DNA of 64,000 nt from Christensenella sp. UBA7703 (lineage in GTDB: Bacteria > Bacillota > Clostridia > Christensenellales > CAG-138): the NCBI GenBank assembly GCA_002482505.1, contig DLGD01000021.1:27085-91084 (forward strand), read 5' to 3'. A model generated the notes under the pieces. The model did not search any database. It was not told where the DNA came from and saw only the letters and a program-made list of their open reading frames with translations. A program made the position numbers and the translations under genes. Positions 49,415-59,130 of the stretch are shown here, piece by piece. The first letter of the stretch is position 1, and each line of letters opens with the position of its first letter.

Positions 49415-51433
49415 CTACTCCTCGTCGTCCGCTTCCGCAAAGCCCTTTTGAATGCGCATGACCGGCTGTTTATGTGCGGACTGTGGTTTTGGTTGTTTTT
49501 TATAGTCAAATACACGCGGCGCCGCCGCCTGCGCCTTTTGCTGCGCTTGGGGCACATATGGTTTTACTTCCTCGCTGACCGGGCGATATTCTGCCGTGCT
49601 CTGCGCCTCGGTATAGCGCGTGCGCGCCGTCTCAACAAGCCGCTGCGCCAGCTCGTCCGCGCGCGGGGAAACCGGCTCCGGCTGCCTCGGCGGCGGTGCA
49701 AAGACGACATGCGGCTGCTCGGATGGTTTCACGACCGGTGGCGGAGGCAAGCGAATCGGTTCCTGTTTCGGAACAAACGGTTCCTCGTCCTTCACCGCAA
49801 ACATTCGCTGTGTATAGCTGATCTCCTCGGGGTCCGGTGCGTCGTGATACATCGGCCTCGTTGCATGATGCGTATGCTGTTGCTCAAAAAAGTCGTCGTC
49901 ATCGTCGTCCAAATCGATTTTCGGCGCGCGCGCACGTTCCATCGCGGTCAGAGCAACGAGAATGATAACCGACAACACCATCAATACACCGAGGATGATC
50001 AGAATGATCGCAATCCCGTTATTGATTCCGCCAAAGATGTTAAACTCTCTCCCCGCTGTCTGCTGCGGCGTCGGGGTTGCGGGCGCTGCCGTTTCGGTTC
50101 CGTAGGCTACGGGCATCACGCAGTTTGCCAGCGCGCGGTTCGTTCCCGTCGGGTCATATCCTTTGACCGTAATGTTCAGGTTTCGCGGCGAACCAAGTTG
50201 AATCTCCTGGTCAAATGTCGTTTCCCCGACCGGAAGGAGGTCGTAGTTTTTGATGACGCCAATGACCGTTTCCGAAACCGTGATTCCCGTGAGTTCAACC
50301 GTGCTGTGGTTGGTGATCGTAATGCGTGCGGTGAGCTTCCCGCTCTCCTGCGTCCAGGGAGTCACCGTCTCCGCGCGAACAGAAACATTGATCTGCGATG
50401 CATCCACATAGGGATATACTTCATAGATGTCCGCGGGCGCTAGTTCATACGGCTGCGCGAACGGGTCGGTTCCTGTCAGCTTGAATTGCACATTTCGAAG
50501 CGGCTCTGTCATGAGCGGTACGACAATATAGGAAAGGCTTCGGTTCTCGCCAGGTGCAAGGTTGAACGGCGCGTCGTTCACCGGATTTCCGCGTTCATCG
50601 ACAATCGAAATGCTGCTGATTGCCTGCGTGCCGCTGTTGGTGACGTCGATGGTAAACGTAACCCCGGTTGAGGTCGGCGTTCCCGCCTGCACGCGCATGT
50701 CGAGCTGGATGCGCACCATCACGAGCTCCAACGGTTCGAGTGAAGAAAATGTCTTTGCCTTTCCGTTGACGGTGTAGGTAACAATCGGTGTGCTTGTCAC
50801 GCTCTGATCGCCCATCGTGTACGCAAAGTCATAGGATGTCGTGCGGCTTGCGCGGAGCGTTTCGTTCTGAAAAATCGGCTGGTCGCTGATGTTCTCGTCG
50901 ATCAGCGTGATATCCGTCATGTCAAACTTCGTGGTGTTCTTGATCGTGTAGGTGACAGTCACCTTATCGCCGGGCTTTGCATTCGTCTTATGCGCCGTCC
51001 GCGTAACCGTAATGATCGGGTTTTCCGCCTGCGCAACCGTATATTGCGCTTCCTGACTCATCGGCTCACCGTTTCGCGTCCATGTGATTAAAAACGTGAT
51101 AGGTTTGCCAAGCTGACTTTGAGGCACCGCAAGGTTGAGCGCGATATCCCGCGCGCTGCCGCTCGGCGGAATCTGCGCGCCGTGGAGTACATCGTAGAGC
51201 TTGCCATTATAGGTAATCCCGACATCGCTCATGGGGTAGTCTGCGTTATAGTTGGCAATTTCAAACGTAAATGTCACATTGCCCGCATCTGTAAGCTCTG
51301 ATGGATTTGCGTTGATGTTGATGCGCGCCTCTTCCGCATGCGCGGTTGGAATAAAAGCGAAAACGCAAACAAGCGCAACGGCTGCACCAAGCAGCCTTGC
51401 CAGAAACGCGTTTGCAGTCTTCCTTTGCTTCAT
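49415..51433 (-). CDS. Hypothetical surface protein: signal peptide, several Ig/CARDB-like beta-domains, one TM segment, and a Pro-rich cytoplasmic tail
   Basis: 672 aa. Signal peptide ends ...PTAHAEE. Repeated ~100-aa beta-rich units. TM segment IAIILIILGVLMVLSVIILVAL. Tail contains PPPPVVKPSEQP. Confidence 0.65.
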   Translation of the reverse strand: MKQRKTANAFLARLLGAAVALVCVFAFIPTAHAEEARININANPSELTDAGNVTFTFEIANYNADYPMSDVGITYNGKLYDVLHGAQIPPSGSARDIALNLAVPQSQLGKPITFLITWTRNGEPMSQEAQYTVAQAENPIITVTRTAHKTNAKPGDKVTVTYTIKNTTKFDMTDITLIDENISDQPIFQNETLRASRTTSYDFAYTMGDQSVTSTPIVTYTVNGKAKTFSSLEPLELVMVRIQLDMRVQAGTPTSTGVTFTIDVTNSGTQAISSISIVDERGNPVNDAPFNLAPGENRSLSYIVVPLMTEPLRNVQFKLTGTDPFAQPYELAPADIYEVYPYVDASQINVSVRAETVTPWTQESGKLTARITITNHSTVELTGITVSETVIGVIKNYDLLPVGETTFDQEIQLGSPRNLNITVKGYDPTGTNRALANCVMPVAYGTETAAPATPTPQQTAGREFNIFGGINNGIAIILIILGVLMVLSVIILVALTAMERARAPKIDLDDDDDDFFEQQHTHHATRPMYHDAPDPEEISYTQRMFAVKDEEPFVPKQEPIRLPPPPVVKPSEQPHVVFAPPPRQPEPVSPRADELAQRLVETARTRYTEAQSTAEYRPVSEEVKPYVPQAQQKAQAAAPRVFDYKKQPKPQSAHKQPVMRIQKGFAEADDEE

Positions 51434-51472
51434 TCCGCTTCTCCTTGTATATTGGAATTCCGACCTGATGTC

Positions 51473-52120
51473 TCAGTTGGTTGGACGATATTCTTCCAGC
51501 GACTGGTCCAACATCACAATCTGCGCGCTGCCGTCGGTCTTTTCCGTAATCGCGGCAATCAGCGCTTCGCCCTCCTCCGCGGGGAGCAGCAGCGTCAGCG
51601 CCACCTGATCCGTAAACGCAGTCTCGCAAGGATATCCCTTTTGCCGAAGCATCGGCTCCAGCAGGTTGTAGGAAGAATACGAAACCGTGACCCGCAATCG
51701 CACGCAAACACGTATCTGCACTGTTCCAGCCTTCGCCAGCGCTTCACTTGCCGCCTTGCCATAGGCGCGGACTAGCCCGCCCGTGCCGAGGAGCACGCCA
51801 CCGAAATACCGCACGACCGCGCAGAGCACGTTCTCTACACCAGCACCGGATAGTACGCCGAGAATCGGCGCGCCTGCCGTGCCGGAAGGTTCCCCGTCGT
51901 CCGATGAGCGGGCGATTCCTCCTTCGTGCAGCCGAACAGCATAGCAGCAGTGCCGCGCGTCATAGTGTTTCTTGCGAATCTGCGCAAGCGCTTCCTGCGC
52001 TTGCTGTTCGTTTGAAACCGATACACAGTAGCCGAGAAAGCAGGATTTGCTGATCACAATCTCGCTCTCTCCGGCTTTCTGAATCGTTTGATACGGTTTT
52101 AGGCTTTGCGAATCCGGCAA
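51473..52120 (-). CDS. yigZ: YigZ (IMPACT/UPF0029) family protein
   Basis: Motifs HCCYAVRL and [14 protein letters not shown]. The TTG start overlaps the tyrS 3' end by 22 nt, so the start is uncertain. Confidence 0.8.
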   Translation of the reverse strand: MPDSQSLKPYQTIQKAGESEIVISKSCFLGYCVSVSNEQQAQEALAQIRKKHYDARHCCYAVRLHEGGIARSSDDGEPSGTAGAPILGVLSGAGVENVLCAVVRYFGGVLLGTGGLVRAYGKAASEALAKAGTVQIRVCVRLRVTVSYSSYNLLEPMLRQKGYPCETAFTDQVALTLLLPAEEGEALIAAITEKTDGSAQIVMLDQSLEEYRPTN

Positions 52121-53331
52121 AAGCTCTTCTTCCCTTTCCGCAGGATAATCCCGTCCCCTTCAATTTGCTTCGCTGTCAGTGCGGCGCTTGTTGAAGTGAC
52201 TTTGTCCTCGCCAACGAACACGCCGCCGCCTTCGATGAGCCTGCGCGCGTCGCTCTTGCTCACGGCAAGCTTGCTCATCACCATCAGGTCGGGAATGCGC
52301 AGCCCGCTCTCCTCGATCATGGCGTCGGTCAGCTCGCAGGTCGGGATGTTGCTCAAATCCGAGCCGCCCGCAAACAAGCCTTCGGCGGAGGTCTGCGCGA
52401 TCTTCGCCTCTTCCTCGCCATGCACCTGCGCGGTGAGCGTGTAGGCAAGCACGCGCTTTGCTTCGTTAATCTGTTCGCCCGGAAGCGAACCCAAGCGGTT
52501 GACTTCTTCCATCGGCAGGAAGGTTAACAGTGAGAGGCACATCTTCACGTCCTCGTCGCCAACGTTACGCCAGTATTGGTAGAAATCGAATACGCTGCAC
52601 TTTTCTTTGTCGAGCCAGACAGCGCCCTTCTCGGTCTTTCCCATTTTTCTTCCGTCGCTCGTGGTCAGCAGTGCTGTGGTCAGCGCAAACGCGGGCTTCT
52701 GCTCCTTCTTGCGGATGAGGTCCGCGCCGCCGAGAATATTGCTCCACTGATCGTCTCCGCCCATCTGTAAGACGCAGTTATGGCGGCGATTGAGTTCCAG
52801 GAAGTCATAGCCCTGCATGAGCATGTAGCCCATCTCAAAGAAGGTGAGCCCGCGCTCCAGGCGGTTTTTGTAGCAGTCTGCGGCGAGCATGCGGTTCACT
52901 GAAAAATGCACGCCAATTTCGCGCATAAAATCGAGGAAGTTCAACGGGTAGAGCCAGTCTCCGTTATAAACGATCTGTGCGCCTCCCTCAGAAAAGTCCA
53001 GAAGCCTCGACATCTGCTTTTGAAAACACGCGGCGTTGTGGGAGAGCTGTTCCCGGCTCATCAGCGAGCGCATGTCCGTTTTGCCGGAAGGATCGCCGAT
53101 GAACGCGGTTCCGTTTCCAAGGAGCGCGATCGGCTTATGCCCCGCGCGCTGCATATGCGCCATGGACATCAGCTGTACGTAGTGACCGATGTGAAGGCTG
53201 TCCGCCGTAGGGTCAAAGCCAATATAAAACGTGACTTTCTCTTTGCCGAGCAGCTCGCGCAGTTCTTCGGGATGAGAGCATTGCTTCAAAAAGCCGCGCT
53301 CTTCCAGCACATCGTATACGTTGCGTTCCAT
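52099..53331 (-). CDS. tyrS: Tyrosine--tRNA ligase
   Basis: HIGH motif (SLHIGHY), KMSKS-type motif (KMGKTEKG) and a C-terminal S4-like domain. The start is taken at the internal ATG (MERNVYD). Confidence 0.95.
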   Translation of the reverse strand: MERNVYDVLEERGFLKQCSHPEELRELLGKEKVTFYIGFDPTADSLHIGHYVQLMSMAHMQRAGHKPIALLGNGTAFIGDPSGKTDMRSLMSREQLSHNAACFQKQMSRLLDFSEGGAQIVYNGDWLYPLNFLDFMREIGVHFSVNRMLAADCYKNRLERGLTFFEMGYMLMQGYDFLELNRRHNCVLQMGGDDQWSNILGGADLIRKKEQKPAFALTTALLTTSDGRKMGKTEKGAVWLDKEKCSVFDFYQYWRNVGDEDVKMCLSLLTFLPMEEVNRLGSLPGEQINEAKRVLAYTLTAQVHGEEEAKIAQTSAEGLFAGGSDLSNIPTCELTDAMIEESGLRIPDLMVMSKLAVSKSDARRLIEGGGVFVGEDKVTSTSAALTAKQIEGDGIILRKGKKSFCRIRKA

Positions 53332-53416
53332 TTTGGGTTTCCTCCGTTTGTGTGTCTCTTCTTTCTCTTTTGCGCACGAAACACATCTGCTTCTGCGCTC
53401 AACCAAATATACCACG

Positions 53417-53455
53417 AAAAAAGAGAAGAAACAATGCGGCAGGCACGGTTTCTTC
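53417..53455 (-). terminator. Rho-independent terminator in the kinase-tyrS intergenic region
   Basis: Stem GAAGAAAC / GTTTCTTC with a 15-nt loop, followed by TCTTTTTT on the minus strand. Confidence 0.7.
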
Positions 53456-53508
53456 ACTCTGTTTTTGTCTTGTTTTCAAGACGTTATTCATTTGTTCATA
53501 GTTCATCT

Positions 53509-53628
53509 ATGCTGTTTATTCAATCCCTTTTTCGATTGTTTTCAGCAATATGCTCGTCTGTTCACGTTGCATTAAGACTGTTTTCGATCTTTTTTTGTTT
53601 TCTTTCAACAGCACGCTCGTTTGTTTAC
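53509..53628. repeat. A-rich (minus-strand) region with three related motifs of the type RTRAACAR(ACGAGC)
   Basis: Minus-strand copies are GTAAACAAACGAGCGTGCTG (53628..53609), GTGAACAGACGAGCATATTGCTG (53565..53543) and ATAAACAGCAT (53519..53509). Confidence 0.5.
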
Positions 53629-55421
53629 ACAGCGCTTGAGATTGTCACTGTAAAACGGAAAACAGCAAATTCGCCTTCGTTTTGTGCCTCGATCGCTTCG
53701 CCAAGGTGCGTGAGAACTTCGTGTACAATCGCGAGCCCAAGCCCGGTTCCGCTGTCCGTATGCGCCGTATCCGCCTTATAGAAGCGCTCGAAGATATGCG
53801 GAAGGTGCTGCTCCGGTATGTGGCCCGTGTTCATCACGGAGACGATTGCGTGCGCGTTGTCATCCGTTTTCTTCACATCGAGTATGATCTCACCGTCGTC
53901 GGAAGCAAACTTGATCGCATTGTCGATCAGCGCAATCAGCACCTGTTCGATCCGGTCGCTGTTGGAGTGCACCAGCAGCGGCTTTTCACAGTGCCAGCGT
54001 TCCTGCACACGGATTCCGCTATAGGATGCGACTAGGCTTGTCTGCTCCACGACTTCTCTTGTGATGTTGTCCAAGTGAAAGTCGCCCTTTTCCAGCGCAA
54101 CCGCGCCGGATTGTAGGCGGGAGAGTTCCAGGAGATCGTTGATCAGCCGACTCAAGCGCATCGATTCGCGCAGAATATAGCCGTAATAGCGCGTGCGGTC
54201 GTCTTCCTTCTTGACCAAACCGTCGTTGAGCGCTTCAGCGAGGCTCCGAATCGAGGCAATCGGCGTGCGCAGCTCATGGCTGACGTTCGCAACATAATCC
54301 CGTCGCGTCTGCTCCAGCCGCTCCGCCGCAGTCACATCCTGCGCAACGATGACCGTACCCGGCGCAAGCTCGCTCGTCTCCTGTGAACGGGACACCACGA
54401 GAAGCAGCTTGCGTTCGCCAACTTCCAGCGTCATCGTTTTTGATTCGCCGCTTTCCTGTACCATGTCGCAGAGCGGCAACGCGGGGGCGAGCACGCCCAT
54501 CACATCCGCATCCGCGCATACACCGAGCAATTGGCAGGCCGCCTGGTTGTGATAGACCGGCGAATGATCCGCCTCCAGCGCGACAACCCCCTCATGAAGC
54601 CCGTCGAGAATCACATGCAGACGGTTGCGGGCAAGGATAAGATTACTGATGTTCTCCTGCAACTGCGTCGAAAGATGGTTCAGAGCGGCGCCAAGTTGGC
54701 CGATCTCATCATCCCGGCTCTCGTCCGCACGGACGGTAAAGTTCCCGCTCGCCATCGCGGCGGAAGCGCGCGTCATCGTGCGAATCGGCTTTGCCATCCG
54801 TCGCGAGATGAAGTAGGCCGGAATCACCATGAACACGGAAGCCACGAGGGAGCTCAGCATCAGCGCGCGCACAAAGCTCATCAGCGAACTATACACCTCA
54901 ACCGAAGGACGCGTCACAAGGATTGCGCCTGTCACGCGCTGGAGGTTGTCAACAATCGGAACCCCAACGACAACGCCGTCGGCAGAGCGCCATTTGGTGG
55001 AGATCAGCTCTTCGCCGCTCTTGACCACCTGCGCGCCATAGTCGAGTATGGATTGGCTGATATGAACCTCAACCGCATTGCTTTCCGCCGTATAGGCAAT
55101 CAGCGTCGCCTTCTCGTCAAAGATATAGACACGCGAGTCCTGCTGGCCTTTCAGCGTGAAATCAAGGAACGAGTCATATGAAATCTGCCCGGATTGCAGA
55201 CGAGTTGCCAAGCGCGACATCGACTGCGCGCGCGGAAGCATCTCTTCCGCGATGCGGCGCGCATGTACGCTTGCGCCCGTGAGTAAATACACCAATACCG
55301 CGATCACGGAGGTGAGCACACATCCAAAGATCAGGTAAAAGAGAAATTTTTCGAAGATCGATCCGTTTTTTTCTTCTGGCGGTGCGCTTTTCCTGCCGCG
55401 CCAAACGATCATTTGTTTCAT
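53625..55421 (-). CDS. Sensor histidine kinase (two TM segments, HAMP, PAS, HisKA, HATPase; WalK/PhoR-like)
   Basis: H-box SHELRTPIASI. N and G boxes in the C-terminal region. Confidence 0.85.
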   Translation of the reverse strand: MKQMIVWRGRKSAPPEEKNGSIFEKFLFYLIFGCVLTSVIAVLVYLLTGASVHARRIAEEMLPRAQSMSRLATRLQSGQISYDSFLDFTLKGQQDSRVYIFDEKATLIAYTAESNAVEVHISQSILDYGAQVVKSGEELISTKWRSADGVVVGVPIVDNLQRVTGAILVTRPSVEVYSSLMSFVRALMLSSLVASVFMVIPAYFISRRMAKPIRTMTRASAAMASGNFTVRADESRDDEIGQLGAALNHLSTQLQENISNLILARNRLHVILDGLHEGVVALEADHSPVYHNQAACQLLGVCADADVMGVLAPALPLCDMVQESGESKTMTLEVGERKLLLVVSRSQETSELAPGTVIVAQDVTAAERLEQTRRDYVANVSHELRTPIASIRSLAEALNDGLVKKEDDRTRYYGYILRESMRLSRLINDLLELSRLQSGAVALEKGDFHLDNITREVVEQTSLVASYSGIRVQERWHCEKPLLVHSNSDRIEQVLIALIDNAIKFASDDGEIILDVKKTDDNAHAIVSVMNTGHIPEQHLPHIFERFYKADTAHTDSGTGLGLAIVHEVLTHLGEAIEAQNEGEFAVFRFTVTISSAV

Positions 55422-55496
55422 GTTATTCTTCTGCGCGGCCCTGTCTGCGCTTGTTCGTCAAATGGATGATTTCGTGTCGCCCAGGCGCTCCTATGC

Positions 55497-56192
55497 CTAC
55501 GCATCGCTTGCGCCAAATTTATAGCCGACACCGTAGACGGTGCGGATGCCCCAGCTCAATCCCTCGTCGGGGATCTTCTGGCGGATGCGTTTAATCTGCG
55601 TGTCCACCGCGCGGGTATCGCCAAAATAGTCGTACCCCCAAATCTTGGAGAGAATCTGTTCGCGGTCAAATACGCGGCCGGGGTGCGACGCCAGCAAGTA
55701 TAGAATCTCCACTTCCTTGGGCGTGAAGTCCACGGGCTTTCCCTTGATCTTTACTTCATAGTTGTTAAGGCTGATTTCCAGGTCTTCCAGCCGGATGGTC
55801 TTCCCTTCCACTTCCGGTTCGCTGGAGATGCGGCGGAGCACCGCCTTGATCCGCGCAATGAGTTCCCGCGCGGAAAACGGTTTTACGATATAATCATCCG
55901 CACCGATTTCGAGACCGACCACGCGGTCAATCTCCTCGCCCTTTGCCGTAAGCATGATGATCGGGACGGAGCTTTTCTGCCGAATTTCACGGCAGGCATC
56001 CATACCGTTCTTTTCCGGCATCATCAAGTCCATCAAAATCAAATCGGGCGCTTCGCTCTCCGCCATCTTGACCGCTTGTACGCCATTGAACGCGGACGCA
56101 TGCGTAAAGCCTTCGCTCTCGAGATAGACACCCAGTGATTCATGGATGATCGGCTGGTCGTCACAAATCAAAATATGCGCACTCTTTTGCAT
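55497..56192 (-). CDS. OmpR/PhoB family response regulator
   Basis: Receiver domain (DLILMDLMMPEKNG, LTAKGEE) followed by a winged-helix domain (TVYGVGYKF). Confidence 0.9.
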   Translation of the reverse strand: MQKSAHILICDDQPIIHESLGVYLESEGFTHASAFNGVQAVKMAESEAPDLILMDLMMPEKNGMDACREIRQKSSVPIIMLTAKGEEIDRVVGLEIGADDYIVKPFSARELIARIKAVLRRISSEPEVEGKTIRLEDLEISLNNYEVKIKGKPVDFTPKEVEILYLLASHPGRVFDREQILSKIWGYDYFGDTRAVDTQIKRIRQKIPDEGLSWGIRTVYGVGYKFGASDA

Positions 56193-56381
56193 AGTAATCC
56201 CTCCTGTTTGAATTGATTATAGTATGCGCTTTGCCACAATTCAACACTCAGCGGCAGTCTGTCGAAATTGTACACGATTCGTACAAGATCGATGGTATTT
56301 TCTCGATTTACGGTCATTTTTCACCGGATTGACGGGATGGTTTGATCAAGAAACGGCACGTTTTGACGTGCCGCTTGAAAA

Positions 56382-58328
56382 TTATCGTTTCTTTGTTTTT
56401 TTGTCGCCTTGATATCTCTTGCTTTGTTCGCTTTTGCCCGTCTTTTTGTCGTGCTTATTCGGCAGCACCTCATACGGCGCGTCCTGCGAACCTCTTGCCT
56501 GCTGCAGGTTCGGCGTTTCTTCGTGAATCACCACGCCTGCGCCAACCGGGCCAAGCGCAATCGCGTTGCTGATGTATTTCTTGAGCGTAAAGTGGAAGCT
56601 CGTTCCTGTGTCGGGATTGCTTTCCACGTAGATATTCTCGCCAAGCTTGTCGATGATCTGCTTCGCAATCGAAAGCCCGAGGCCGGTTCCGCCTTCCTTT
56701 CGGGAGCGATCGGTCTTGAAGAACCGCTCAAAGATATGCGGCAGGTCTTCCGGCGCAATGCCGCAGCCCGTGTCCGAAACCGTCACAAGAATACGATCGC
56801 CGGTCGTTTCCGCGGCGGAAATCGTGATGCTTCCTCCTTCCGGCGTATAACGCATCGCGTTGTCGATCAAAATCACGAGCAATTGCTCGACGCGGTCTTC
56901 ATCCGTCATCGCAAACGGGATTTCTTCCAGATCAAGCTTGAGTAGGATACCGCGCTGCGCCGCCTCGTTTGCGTAGTTTTGCCGCGTGTCCTGCAGCAGC
57001 TCCGCAAGATCGACCGCATGCAGTTCCATATGCTCCGTTCCGGATTGCAAACGCGAAAGCTGCAGCATATCCGTGATCAAGCGCGAAAGGCGAACCACCT
57101 CGCGCAGCATGATACGATAATACCGCTGCCTCGTTTCCTCATCCGTGATCATGCCGTCGCTGAGCGGTTCGAGCAGACCGCGTACGGCGGTCAACGGCGT
57201 CCTGAGTTCATGGCTGACGTTTGCGACATAATCCCTGCGTGTCTTTTCGAGCCGCTCCAGATCGGTCACATCCTTGAAGAGCCCGACGACGCCGATGCAC
57301 TCGCCGTTTTCATCGGTAACAGGCACAATCGTGATCCAGAGTGAGCGATCGTTTGGCAGCGCATAGTGTATACTTGCCGGTTCCAACGAATCGTAAACAG
57401 AACGAAACAAGTCCCAAATCGACTCATCCGGAACAAGATCCATCGGCACCTTGACTTCGACCGCGCCAAACATCTTCATCAGCGCCGGGTTGTAGTGTGT
57501 CAGGCATCCGATGTTGTCGATGGCTGCCACGCCGTCCGTAAAGCTCGAAAGCAGTTGATTGAGCTGCCGTTTTTCGCTCTGCAACTGGTAGATCGTCTGC
57601 GCCAGATTGTCGCATAATGTGTTGAGCGCGCGCGCGAGGATGCCGATTTCGCCGGATGCCCGCTCGTTTGCGCGGACGTTGAATCGTCCCTTGGACATTT
57701 CGATTGCGGCGTTGCTCATGTCGTGCAGCGGCTTGCTGAGGCGGTTTGTGCTGAAGGCGACCAGCAGCATAACCACCGGCATAATCGCAAAAATCGTGCC
57801 TGTGAGCACATTATTAAGCTGGTTAAACGCGCTCTGAATACGTTGAATCTGCTTGATGACAAGGATGCAACCCGTCACATTTCCGTTTGAATCGTGCACC
57901 GGTATGCCGACGGAGACCGCGGATTCGCCATTGAGCAGCTTGAGGTCGTTGTTTTCCACGGTGCGCCCGCGCAAAATATTTTGAATCTCCGCGCGATAGT
58001 ACTCGCCGAAATCCTGCATCTCGACCGTGCTTCCGATGTTGCGTACGATCAATGGTTTGCCGAGTTCATCCGCAATCATGATCGCGGATTCACTTGCAAG
58101 CGTTTGCTTGTCGATATACCGCAGCAGCGCATCCTCGGTCACGTTGCCGTTCTTATACTCTTCATAGATCTGCCGGGTGACCTCCGCCTCCGGCTCAAGA
58201 TTTGCCATCTCGATGGAGATATAGGTGTTTTTTCCGACATACGTATAAGCCGCCAGCAAAATAACATTTGCCAGCAGCAATGCAATGATCGATACGATTA
58301 AAATTCGCCAGTAAAAGACGCTCCGCAT
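56382..58328 (-). CDS. Sensor histidine kinase (paralogous architecture) with a ~70-aa Lys-rich C-terminal tail
   Basis: H-box SHELRTPLTAV and an HATPase domain. The tail ends ...KHDKKTGKSEQSKRYQGDKKTKKR. Confidence 0.85.
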   Translation of the reverse strand: MRSVFYWRILIVSIIALLLANVILLAAYTYVGKNTYISIEMANLEPEAEVTRQIYEEYKNGNVTEDALLRYIDKQTLASESAIMIADELGKPLIVRNIGSTVEMQDFGEYYRAEIQNILRGRTVENNDLKLLNGESAVSVGIPVHDSNGNVTGCILVIKQIQRIQSAFNQLNNVLTGTIFAIMPVVMLLVAFSTNRLSKPLHDMSNAAIEMSKGRFNVRANERASGEIGILARALNTLCDNLAQTIYQLQSEKRQLNQLLSSFTDGVAAIDNIGCLTHYNPALMKMFGAVEVKVPMDLVPDESIWDLFRSVYDSLEPASIHYALPNDRSLWITIVPVTDENGECIGVVGLFKDVTDLERLEKTRRDYVANVSHELRTPLTAVRGLLEPLSDGMITDEETRQRYYRIMLREVVRLSRLITDMLQLSRLQSGTEHMELHAVDLAELLQDTRQNYANEAAQRGILLKLDLEEIPFAMTDEDRVEQLLVILIDNAMRYTPEGGSITISAAETTGDRILVTVSDTGCGIAPEDLPHIFERFFKTDRSRKEGGTGLGLSIAKQIIDKLGENIYVESNPDTGTSFHFTLKKYISNAIALGPVGAGVVIHEETPNLQQARGSQDAPYEVLPNKHDKKTGKSEQSKRYQGDKKTKKR

Positions 58329-58343
58329 GAAATCGATCCGATG

Positions 58344-59024
58344 TTACTCGGTTTCAAACTTATAGCCGACGCCGTAGATGGTCTTGATGCTCCAGCCAAG
58401 GCCGGTCGAGTCCAGCTTTGCGCGGATGCGCTTGATGTGGGTATCCACCGTGCGCGTTTCGCCGGCAAAGTCATATCCCCAAACGCGGGAAAGAAGCTGC
58501 TCGCGCGTAAACACCTGCCCCGGGTTGGAGGCAAGCATGTGCAAAATTTCGATTTCTTTCGGCGTGCAGATCACGGGCTGGTTGCGCAGCGTAACCGTAT
58601 AGCTCTTGAGGTCAATCGTGAGCCCGTTGTAGGTGATCACGCTCGTGTCACTCTTTGGCTGCTCGCTCGCTCTGCGAAGCACCGCCTTGATGCGGGCGAC
58701 CACCTCGCGCGGGCTGAAAGGCTTGACGATATAATCGTCCGCACCCAACTCAAGGCCGACGATGCGGTCGATCTCTTCTCCCTTTGCGGTGAGCATGAGG
58801 ATGGGTAGTTGAGAGGTTTTGCGAATCTCACGGCAGACTTCAATTCCGCTCATCTTCGGCATCATGATGTCAAGCACGCAGAGAACGACCTCCGGCGTGA
58901 TGCTTTCGATTGCGGAAACGCCGTCATATGCATCGACAACCTCAAAGCCTTCCGCCTTGAGATAGATGCCCAGCGCCTCGTGTACGACCTGATCGTCGTC
59001 TGCAATTAATACCTTCTGCGCCAT
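58344..59024 (-). CDS. OmpR/PhoB family response regulator
   Basis: The receiver plus winged-helix architecture is visibly similar to the regulator at 55497..56192. Confidence 0.9.
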   Translation of the reverse strand: MAQKVLIADDDQVVHEALGIYLKAEGFEVVDAYDGVSAIESITPEVVLCVLDIMMPKMSGIEVCREIRKTSQLPILMLTAKGEEIDRIVGLELGADDYIVKPFSPREVVARIKAVLRRASEQPKSDTSVITYNGLTIDLKSYTVTLRNQPVICTPKEIEILHMLASNPGQVFTREQLLSRVWGYDFAGETRTVDTHIKRIRAKLDSTGLGWSIKTIYGVGYKFETE

Positions 59025-59130
59025 AGTTTGCTCCTTGTATCATTTCAATCTTCGTTGTGAACCATTCTATTGTTCAGTATACCACAGTTCCATGTATACC
59101 GTATAGTATTGCCGGTTTGGCTCTCTTGCC

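Noticed and set aside
48745-49557. Full-length tracked ORF for the DUF2461 gene (270 aa)
   Set aside because: Its first 49 codons overlap the 3' end of the upstream gene and encode an Arg-run. A GTG at 49410 with a GAGGAG RBS gives the family-typical N-terminus.
53332-53624. T-box leader for tyrS
   Set aside because: The only partial resemblance (CGUGGUAUAUUUGG) lacks the ACCGCG part and is not positioned against a terminator/antiterminator pair. It is reported as a finding rather than a feature.
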